Below are positions 53,285 to 64,000 of a stretch of DNA of 64,000 nucleotides, one piece after another; position 1 is the stretch's first letter, and each line of letters begins with the position of its first letter. Origin of the DNA: Octopus vulgaris (lineage: Eukaryota); NCBI GenBank assembly GCA_951406725.2, contig OX597833.1, forward strand, positions 6,882,001 through 6,946,000, written 5' to 3'. The notes under the pieces are model-generated. The model saw only the letters and a program-made list of their open reading frames with translations. It made no database searches and had not been told where the DNA came from. Position numbers and translations under genes: made by a program.

Positions 53285-53966
53285 TGTATGTGAGCGTGTG
53301 TGTGTATATATGTATATATATATATATGTATATGTAATAAGTATATACGTATGCATACGTATCAAGGCAGGATGACCAGCCGTTGGCCCACCCGTCACTC
53401 GCCACCCGTCTCCCCACTCCCCCCCACCCGACCCATCCTGTTACGGTCGGTGTTGGTAAAGTGAAATGGAAGGGTGATCACCAAGGGAGCATCCATCTGG
53501 CACCATCCATCCTGTAGGCACCACCGGAAGGAAGTGAACCCACCTTTTGGCGACTCTACCCATCGCCAGGAGGAGGAGAAGGAGGAGGAGGAAGAGGGGG
53601 AGAGGGGGCAGGGGTGGACTTTGTCTTCCGTAGATTGAGTAGCTGGGGGTGGAATGCTGAGATGTGGGGTATGGGGGAGCAGGTCGAAGAGTGATGACAG
53701 TCAGTTTTAAGCCCATGGCTAGTTGGCTGGTCATTTGAACCAAGAAACGGGCAGCAATTGGATTTCAACCGAAATGTTGGACAAGAAACACACATACACA
53801 CACGCACGCACATGTGCATCGGGCTTCCGCGCAGTTTCTGTCAACTAAATTCACTCGCGAGAATTTTTGTCGGCCGAGGCTACTGCAGAAGACATTCGAC
53901 CAAACTTACAAAAACGTAAACCAACTTACACCGATTGTCAAGTGGAAAAAGCCACTCACACACATA

Positions 53967-54008
<42 letters not shown>

Positions 54009-54165
54009 CCTTCTAAGCTATTTCTTCTCTTCTCCAGTTCTTGTCTGGATTCGAACCCGTTCCTTCCTGCAATGCACACCATTAGCTCTCGTCGTTGTTC
54101 AAATACATAACCACTACGACTGCCATCGCTATTCCTTCCAATACTATAAAACCACTGGCACCAAA

Positions 54166-54205
<40 letters not shown>

Positions 54206-54367
54206 TTACTACTACTACTACTACTACTTCTGCTGATGCTGTTGCTGCTGCTAAGACAACCTACAAAACACCACTAACAGCTCTACTGCACCACTGAAAA
54301 CACCACCACCACCACCACCACATCACTGACATAAGGATTGCCTCGAACATCCCCATCACACCAATAG

Positions 54368-54399
<32 letters not shown>

Positions 54400-55044
54400 T
54401 TAATGCTACTACCACTACTACTACTAACACCACATACAATACAACTAACTATAATATTATCAATACCATTAACACTACCACTAGTCCCACCACTACAACC
54501 ACACCTACTACCACCAACACCACCATCAGCCCCATCCCTCCCCTTCACTATCGCCTCCCTCCCCATCACAACTGTCACCGCCGTCACCGCCTTCTCCAAA
54601 AGAGAAATAATTTTAAAAACTCCGGAAATTTCAATTTATGATCCAGCTTAAGCAATTTCCTCAAAACCTCCATTTCCACCCCTGAGGGGCAAAGAAACCC
54701 CAGCAAAACCTCTACCCACCAACCTTAACATTTCCCCCCGCCTCCCATGGCACTATTGCTAACTCCTTCCACATCACCACCACCGTCATCATCATCATCA
54801 ACAACAACAACAACATCCCAATTAACAGAAACTACATATTTAATATATTAAATATTGATTTTATTTTTTGTGTGGTTTAATTTATTAAGTTGTCTTAGAT
54901 GGCAATCTTGGGTTCCTGGGTTCGATTCCAGGTGGAACGAATTTCATATTTCTACCATTAAAGGATTGGAAATTACAGAAAGAATTTACTGTTTGGATTA
55001 TCAGGTATCAGCAGAAGAACCTGGTCTCGGCCACCACGACCCTT

Positions 55045-55186
55045 GGCTTCGTAGTTAGGATGTTAGATCCGTGATCGCAAGAATATGGTTTCGATTCCTG
55101 TACCCGGCGGCGATGCGTCGTGTTCTTGGGCAAAACACTTTGTTTCATGTTGCTCCAGTGTCCACTCAACTATCAAAGATGAGTTA
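55045..55186 (+). mobile_element. SINE family E
   Basis: GGTTTCGATTCC B-box; GTTCTTGGGCAAAACACTTTGTTTCATGTTGCTCCAG. Confidence 0.8.
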
Positions 55187-55577
55187 TCCCGCGACGGACC
55201 GGAGTTCCGTCCAGAGAGAAATATATGTGCCAAGGAAATCGAGATACCGGGGATCTTCTTGCTCTCCCCGTCCATTGAGGAAATGCACAGCCAGTGGACG
55301 TTCCGAAGATGGTTGCCAAAATACATGCAATAAAATGAAGCCCGATAACGATTATACACAACGATCCAAATTTCGAGGGGTTAAAGGTCAAAATGCTTTA
55401 AATATATAATACTTAGTTCGGAGTAAAAGTGCTGCAAAGCATTTTAAGTGGCTGCCTGAATCGTTTGTGCAACGGACAAACTGCTCGGCGGCATCTCTTC
55501 TAGCTCTTTACGTCCTGAGTTCAAATTCTGCCGATGTTCTCTTTGCCTTTCATCCTTTCGGGGTCAATAAAACACGT

Positions 55578-55814
55578 ACCTATTTCTTTACTACCCACAA
55601 GGGGCTAAACACAGAGAGAACAAACAAGGACAGACAAACGGATTAAGTCGATTATATCGACCCCAGTGTGTAACTGGTACTTATTTAATTGACCCCGAAA
55701 GGATGAAAAGCAAAGTCGACCTCGGCGGAATTTGAACTCAGAACGTAGCGGCAGACGAAATACCGCGTGGCATTTCGCCCAACGTGCTAACGATTCTGCC
55801 AGCTCGCTGCCTTA
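55578..55814 (-). mobile_element. SINE family C (tail type 1) inserted into an oppositely oriented older C copy (55500-55910)
   Basis: The host copy breaks at ..GTACC and resumes at AAGTACCAGT after the insert. Confidence 0.88.
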
Positions 55815-55994
55815 TCTTCCTCAAGTACCAGTGGCGCACTGGATTCAATGTAATCGACACACACCCTCCTTTCAAATTGATGGTTTTGATAAAAAATTGG
55901 ACACCAATATTGCGAGATATTTTATAAAATTGTTTCACCGATATTACTGTTTATCGCCCTTGTGGGTGGCTAAAATATTATGGCTCCAATGTTT

Positions 55995-56320
55995 GGGATG
56001 TCGTGCCAATAGCTATTTAGAAATACGGGAGGTAGTGCAAATAGCCATATAAAAACATGGGAGGTAGTGCCAACAGTTATTTAGAACCAGAAAATATTGT
56101 GCCAATACTTAAATACGAATATGAGAGGTTGTGAAGAATAGGATGGATTTCAAATAGCCATATAGAAATATGGAATGTGACGCCAATAAATACTTTAAAA
56201 TATGGTCATTTTGTAACAAGGAATGTAGTGCCGGTAATCAATTAGGAATAAGGGATATAGTGCCAATAGCCATTTAAAAATCCGGTATAATCGTGTAAAT
56301 AGTCAGTGGAAAATATGGCG
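55995..56320. repeat. Degenerate 32-bp minisatellite
   Basis: GGGA.GT.GTGC.AA.AG..AT.TA.AA units start at 55995, 56027 and 56059, with decayed copies to ~56320. Confidence 0.85.
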
Positions 56321-56567
56321 TGAAGTGGCAGTATACATGTGTGTGTGTGTTTATGTTGTAATAAAAACAATTTTACATTAATAATAACACACACACACAC
56401 ACACATATATATATATGTGTGTGTGTGTGTGTGTATATATATATACACACGTAGATACAGATAAAGATATATGCATGCATACACACATACACACACAAAT
56501 ATATATTCATATACATAGATCGATATATGTATAATGACATCTATACGTATATATATATGTATAAATA

Positions 56568-56636
<69 letters not shown>

Positions 56637-56737
56637 TTCTCTAGACATATATAACACACACAGATATAAAGATAAATGCACACATACGCCCATATATTTT
56701 TATTCATACACATACATGCATAGATACGCACACACAG

Positions 56738-56802
<65 letters not shown>

Positions 56803-56923
56803 ATGCACAGCACTCAATGATACTTCAAACCATTGCAAGATTGGCAAACACTCAAGTACGCACTACTACAAATGTTTCCCCCCCCTACTCGTCTGCACCC
56901 CACCCTTTCTGTCACCCCCACCT

Positions 56924-56954
<31 letters not shown>

Positions 56955-56985
56955 CATTCTGTACAACATCATCATCATCATCACC

Positions 56986-57017
<32 letters not shown>

Positions 57018-57896
57018 CATTCACCTGTGTTTTCTTATCTTCTCCAGAAATAATACCCACCTGTTATTATCTTCTATAGAAACACCCACCTGTTTTTTTC
57101 CTTGAAAAATGTTTTTTTTCTTTTTATTTATTCTTTTTATTTATTCTTAGCACTGTTTTTTTTTTGTGTGTGTGTTTTTGTTACCTTTTTTCCCCAGTTA
57201 TCTTTTGCTCTCTTGTATTTGCGATACTCCATATTTCTTGCGTATTTCTTCGATATTTTTCTTTGGCGGGGAGGGAGGGAGGCGTCTGTCTGTGTGATGT
57301 ACCTGTTATCTTTTTCTGCCTGTCTGTCTGTCTGTCAGTCTGTCTTTATGTCTGTCTTCTTCACCTTCGCCACCTTCATCATCATCATCATCATCCTCAT
57401 CGTCATCGTTCGTTTTCCTTTGAAATTTCTTAAATAAAAAATAAAACATAACGATAAGAACAATAACAACAATAAAAACAATAAAATAAAACATAAAAAG
57501 AAAAGGAAAAAAACTTTAACAAAAAGTGTAATAAAAAATATTAATAATATTAATATTACTAATAAGAAAAAAGGAAACGGTGGTGGTGGTCGTGGTGGCG
57601 CGGCGGTGGTGGTGATGTGGCAGATAGATAACTGCTTTCAAGTAACAATGTACTTGGGTTATTTATAAATATTACTTTCTAATAGTTACACACACACACA
57701 CACACATACATACACACACGCACGTACACGCCCATACGTACACATTCACAGACATGCTTTGACTGCCTTACCTGATAATCACACCTAAATACACACACAC
57801 ACACACACGCTTATTTAGTACTATAAGACATTCTGTATGGCAAAATGCCATGCAGAAGGTTTACAGTAAAACGCGAAAAAATTTAGAGATAAGTAG

Positions 57897-57936
57897 ATGA
57901 TGATGATGATAATGATGGTGGTGGTGGTGGTGGTGG

Positions 57937-58015
<79 letters not shown>

Positions 58016-58064
58016 GGTGGTGAGGATGATGATGATGATGGTGATGATGATGATGATGAGGATG

Positions 58065-58118
<54 letters not shown>

Positions 58119-58196
58119 GTGGTGGTGATGATGGTGATGATGGTGGTGGTGGTGGTGGTGGTGGTGGTGGTGGTGGTGAGGATGGTGATGATGGTG

Positions 58197-58228
<32 letters not shown>

Positions 58229-58235
58229 GATGATG

Positions 58236-58285
<50 letters not shown>

Positions 58286-58301
58286 GGTGATGATGATGAT
58301 A

Positions 58302-58352
<51 letters not shown>

Positions 58353-58465
58353 GTGATGATGGTGATGATGATGCTGATGATGATGATGGTGATGATGATG
58401 ATGATGGTGATGATGGTGATGATGATGATGCTGATGATGATTATGATGATGGTGGTGGTGATGAT
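57897..58465. repeat. Long compound (GAT/GGT)n microsatellite
   Basis: Direct reading; source of the poly-M/V ORF. Confidence 0.98.
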
Positions 58466-58782
58466 TTTGTTGTTGTTATAAGAAGTGGTAAGGTCGTTGA
58501 CGGCAGCAGTGGTGGCGGTGATGGTTGTGTTGGTGATGCTGATGGTGATGGTGTTGGTGGTGGTTTGATAGTTATACGAATGGACCGATTGACTAACGAG
58601 TATATCTTTATCTTTATCTATTTATTTCACCCTCTCTCTTTCTTTCACTTTCTCTATCTCTGACTCTGTCTACATACAAACACACATACATACACATATA
58701 TATACACACACACACATATATGCGTGTCTATGTGTGTGTTCTTGCTCCACTTGAAGTAAGGGCACACACGAAGACGAAGAGA

Positions 58783-58825
58783 GTCGCTGAAGAGGTCACA
58801 GATGTGTGACGAAAGATTTCCGGAC
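58783..58825 (+). ncRNA. Type I hammerhead-like motif
   Basis: TCG CTGAAGA G GTCACA GATG TGTGAC GAAA GATT TC CGG: intact core, perfect 6-bp stem II, UUC triplet, 3-bp stem I. Confidence 0.6.
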
Positions 58826-58989
58826 AATGGACATGAGTTACAATAAGGACAGCAATAAACGAGTGAAGAACGAATATACAGCGCGTGTGTTTATTTGGCA
58901 AAAAAAATGACCGTCCCAAAACACAACAATGATTCAACACGTGATTTCACATCAGGAGTCTTACAACACAAATTCCTAAACGTATATAT

Positions 58990-59236
<247 letters not shown>

Positions 59237-59399
59237 TTTGTACATTATCTAATACCCGATGGTGTTCTGCAGAATTTCTGTCAAGCAGACATCGCGCGCG
59301 AGCAATGCTTTGGTGAATGCTAAACTATTAAGAATAGTTTATCTAAAATCTTGGGAGTAACTGGTGGTGTTATACCTACTTAATGTAATGCGCGCGCGT

Positions 59400-59462
<63 letters not shown>

Positions 59463-59761
59463 TGTGTATGTGTGTGTGTGTGTGCTGTACCGTTCACATG
59501 GGTTTTCCTTGTATTGTGAAACTGTAAATTGAGATTCAGCTGTGTGATGAATGAAGCTAATCTGTGGCTGTTAACACTTTCTCAACAGTCTGACATGCAC
59601 ATTCACACACACACACACACATACACACAGACACATACACACAGACACACGCACAAACACATACACACATACACATACACACAGACACACACACGCACAC
59701 ACACACATAACTCTCACTTTCTCACTCTCTCTTTATCTATCTATATATCTATATCTATCTA

Positions 59762-59911
<150 letters not shown>

Positions 59912-60100
59912 CATATATAAATATACATATACACATATATGCATGTATATGTATGTGTGTGTGAATAAATATATGTGAATATATGTGTGTGTGTGCCTGT
60001 GGGTGTATACTAATACATATAAATGTGCATACGCATGCATGAAACATTTACACAGTCAAATATATTTATATGCGTAAACACACACATACACACACATACA

Positions 60101-60195
60101 TATAGATGTTTCTGCTATATGATGCCATGCACTCATAGCTGATATACAAACATTCAACTATGATTGCATTGCTTCACAAAGCAGAAACATCTGTA
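60101..60195 (-). ncRNA. Long hairpin, pre-miRNA-like or MITE-derived
   Basis: ~42-bp stem: AGATGTTTCTGCT / AGCAGAAACATCT perfect 13 bp, then a 26-bp upper stem with isolated mismatches; 11-nt loop AUGUUUGUAUA on minus. Confidence 0.4.
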
Positions 60196-60323
60196 AGCCA
60201 GTGAAACACCTGGCATAATTTCTTTCATCATTCTAATTTCTTGTTGTTGTTCTGTTTATGAATGACGCTTCGTTCTGAAGCGTATGTATACTGAGTTCGA
60301 GCACCAGGGTGTTAGTATCGCTT

Positions 60324-60478
60324 GTGGCTGCGTGGTAAGAAGCTTACTTCCCAACCACATGGTTCCGGGTTCAGTCCCCGGGGTGGCAACTTGAGCAAGT
60401 GTCTTCTACTATAACCTCGGACCAACCAAAGCCCTGTGAGCGAATTTGGTAGATGGACACTGAAAGAAGCCCGCCATA

Positions 60479-60529
<51 letters not shown>

Positions 60530-61100
60530 TAGATTCCGATGAATATGGTACTTAAGTTGAGGCACAAGAATTTAGTATGTTATTATCCATACAATTTCAA
60601 AATGTGATGAGAATCAAAATAAGCAACAAGGATATCCAGAGGTAATGCAGTACGATCGTTTCTTGCAACTCCATTTAATTGAACAATGGAACCATTACAT
60701 CAATTTAAAAGCAGAGCAATCCCCAGCTACACAAAGACATAGAATTTAATTAAATTAAAACAGATGGACACATTAGTATAATTTTGCCTAAAACCTCCCA
60801 GACGTTAAGGGGATAGACAAAGAACATTGTTGCCCTTCCTTCCACTTAGAAGCTATTAAGTTATCAGGAAGATACCTTAGTACACTTTGCTAAGTGTCTC
60901 TTTGCGTCTGTTTGTTCCATTCACCATTGCAGGACAACTGATGTTGGCGTGTTTACGTCTCCGTGACTTAGTGGTTCGACAAAAGGGTACGATAGAATAA
61001 GTACTAGGCTTACAAAGAATAAGTCCTGGGGTCGATTTGTTCGACTAAAAGGCGGTGCTCCATCATGGCCGCCGTCAAATGACTGAAACAAATAAAAGAA
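60324..61100 (+). mobile_element. SINE family B split by a ~370-bp insertion in its internal (TA)n
   Basis: Head 60324-60478, TA tract, foreign sequence 60527-60893, B tail 60895-61100. Confidence 0.88.
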
Positions 61101-61133
61101 CACACACACACTCATACACACACACAAATATAC

Positions 61134-61172
<39 letters not shown>

Positions 61173-61417
61173 AGTATATTTGTAAAGAGGTAACAGAGTA
61201 TAATTATGCAACCACACTCATAAGGTAATACATATGTATGTATATATATATGTTTGTGTGTGTGTATGTGTGTGTATATATATAAATGCCTATATATATG
61301 TGTAATCCTATATGTGAGTACGTGTGTGTATATATATTTACATATATATATACACATCATGGTTGTCATTTACATATACAAATGTATATGTACACGATTA
61401 TATATATATATAAATAT

Positions 61418-61473
<56 letters not shown>

Positions 61474-61565
61474 TATATGCACATACATACCCTACCTAAA
61501 CATATATATACATTAAGCATTCGCACATACAAACATACATATACATACAAACATACACACACGTA

Positions 61566-61613
<48 letters not shown>

Positions 61614-62601
61614 TCACACATACACTCATACATTCATTTATGCACCCGCACGCGTACGTATATATGCATCTATTCACCCACTCATACACACGTACATGTT
61701 GTTATGCTTTAAAAGTCGGCATCACTAATTAAGAGCAGTTGGTCTGAAATCACGTAACTCAAATAAACAAAACTCCTCTCACTATAAACAACTCTATGAA
61801 TGTGGCAAATGTTTGGCTGCGTTCGTCTCTCCAGCTTAAAGTTTGGCATGTTGTGAAAACGAGGCTTGATTACAAATGGCGCTGGCATGTTGGTAACGAT
61901 GATAGGTTGGGTTTTAATAATGACAAAATATATTAGACGTGGCATGATGCTTGTTAGTCATGTTAAGGAATTATAAATATTAGTGTTGTTGCTGTTGGTC
62001 TTTTTTGTTGTTTTTTTTTAATTAAAACATTAGGAAAGCTTTGGGGTTGGATTAAAAATAACGCTTGATTTGAATAATCTGGGTAAGGTTTACATTTTGT
62101 GAAATTTATAATATTGGATAAAAGCAGACGATCGACAAGAAATGAAGGAAAATCCATTAATGTAGTATTTAAACGATGGGAAATAGTATTTTAGTGGTGT
62201 TATATAGGTTTGAGGCTGTTAAATTTTATACTAATCAGTATGATATTAGGTTACGTTAATTTGGGAAGACTTTGGCCCCATGATCTAATTCCCAGGCCGA
62301 GTGGCGTGTTGTATCCTTGAGCAAGATACTTTATTTCTGCGATGCTCCTATCTACTCTGGTGAAAAAGAATACCAGCCGATTGCTAGTGTAGTCGTTTCT
62401 CCCTGCACCAGTCACCTATTCGATGTTCAACTGGGACCAAGGATGAGAGAGTCTAAAGGGTGTCTGTCTCTACTCGTAACAATATAAGCACCCATAACAA
62501 CTAGTGAAAGTATACTACGTACCAGCAGGCCAAACTTGCTTGAGAGTGGCGGCTATGGTCAGAGTATATTCCGACTATTACCCACGTTTTATTATAATTC
62601 T

Positions 62602-62760
62602 TATAGTCACAACATTTTGGTTATTTTGCCCTCCATCCTTCTTCAATGATTATCATAATTTCACACTGATATATTCAAACTCGTGATTTCATCTTCATTG
62701 ATATAGTCACAACATTCCGGCCGAAGTATTCTCAAGCCTTCTTCAGGTGATTGTCGTAAT
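62602..62760 (-). repeat. 100-bp tandem dimer of degenerate hammerhead-like units
   Basis: TATAGTCACAACAT at 62602 and 62702; minus strand TCAC CTGAAGA A GGC...GCC GGAA TGTT GTGA in the better copy. Confidence 0.65.
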
Positions 62761-63436
62761 CGGTAAGACTCTATTGTAGTATTTAGACAATCTTCTATTA
62801 TCTTTAGATGATCTTATTTGGTTGTATACAGTTCAGACTCTGATATAGTATTTAGGTGACCTGGTGTAGGGTCCAGAATTATCAGATAGAGTAGAGAAGC
62901 ATTTTAGAAGATGGAACAACTTTAAAAGATGGATAAGTATTATTGATGTTGCTGCTGTTGGTGGTGTTCTTTGCTGTGTGCGTGTACAGAAGCCAAGTTC
63001 CATTTAGCTGGAGAATAAATTAAAATAGTTTAGCTACCTATCCCGTAAACATTTATTCCGCATCTGCATAGTGTAACAGAGAACATCAACCAACCACATG
63101 TAGTCCCTCGTGATAAATATCACCACCACCACCACCACCAGCAACATCACTGACAACAACAACAACAACAACAACAACAACAGCTACGACTTCGAAAACA
63201 TGTTCTACAAACATTGATGTCTGTTCTGGAAAGATCTCTGTCAACGGAGAATAAAGTTTTCGTCAGTTTGAGTTAAATGTTGAGAAGTGATCACTTCCGG
63301 TTATATCGGAACATATGCACGTCCAACAGCTGAGCTCAGGTGGACATATATACGTGTATATATGAGTATGCATGTATATATGTGCATGTACATATATGAA
63401 TGCGTGCGTAGTGTCTGTGTATATCTATGTATACAA

Positions 63437-63503
<67 letters not shown>

Positions 63504-63895
63504 CAACAATTAGGCAAACACTATCTGAGAGAGATCTTCTTTAAGTATTAGAAATAGCTGAAGAAATTTCTTTAGCTGCTATTTCTAATGAGTTCAGTAT
63601 GTGGCAAAGTAATTTATTTTACTAAGCCCTTATATATAATTATATATATATATATATATTTACATATGTATATGCACCCACATACATAGATATACGGACG
63701 TACACGCAAAACATGTGTTTGTATGTGTATATAGACCATATGCATGCACACTGATAAACACCATGCACATATTATACACACAGACAAAGGTACCTTTAGA
63801 CAGGAACACTGACACAACTGAGGCACCTACATATACACACAAATACTCAAACATATGCAAACGTATATATATATATATACATGTGTGTGTGTATG

Positions 63896-63944
<49 letters not shown>

Positions 63945-64000
63945 TATACATGTTCCAGGCCCTGCGCTACTGGCACACAAAGGTAAATGACGTGAAGACT

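Noticed and set aside
55995-56320. CRISPR-like array
   Set aside because: Contiguous degenerate units without spacers; eukaryotic context and no cas genes
63547-63589. ATTAGAAATAGC...GCTATTTCTAAT palindrome
   Set aside because: Short and AT-rich; resembles two abutting inverted fragments of the family D motif

Overview
This is eukaryotic, AT-rich, extremely microsatellite-rich DNA. The SINE repertoire and repeat density are what I associate with an octopus/coleoid cephalopod genome (inference). I recognise no host protein-coding exon, and almost all ORFs in the supplied track are translations of simple repeats. The window is a transposon graveyard. It holds at least five SINE families (labelled A-E here, most with tRNA-like heads, several with clean TSDs) and a young 5'-truncated CR1-group LINE with an uninterrupted 520-aa RT frame (27104-28666, minus). 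It also holds decayed R4/Dong-type (RLE), L1/Tx1 and RTE-like LINE fragments, decayed hAT and mariner transposases, and hAT, pogo-type and foldback MITEs. The most interesting layer is RNA structure. There are about eight type-I hammerhead-ribozyme-like cores (CUGANGA...GAAA...UH, several with a palindromic stem III; some heavily degenerate) in short non-coding elements. These elements sit in (TA)n tracts, in near-perfect inverted duplications, or in 100-bp and 302-bp tandem dimers, which is a Penelope-pLTR/retrozyme-like pattern. I also found two pre-miRNA-like hairpins (22094-22160 +, 60101-60195 -), a (TAA)n-targeted non-coding retroposon, and a probable SINE-B/CR1-LINE shared 3' tail. All structures and alignments were done by eye.
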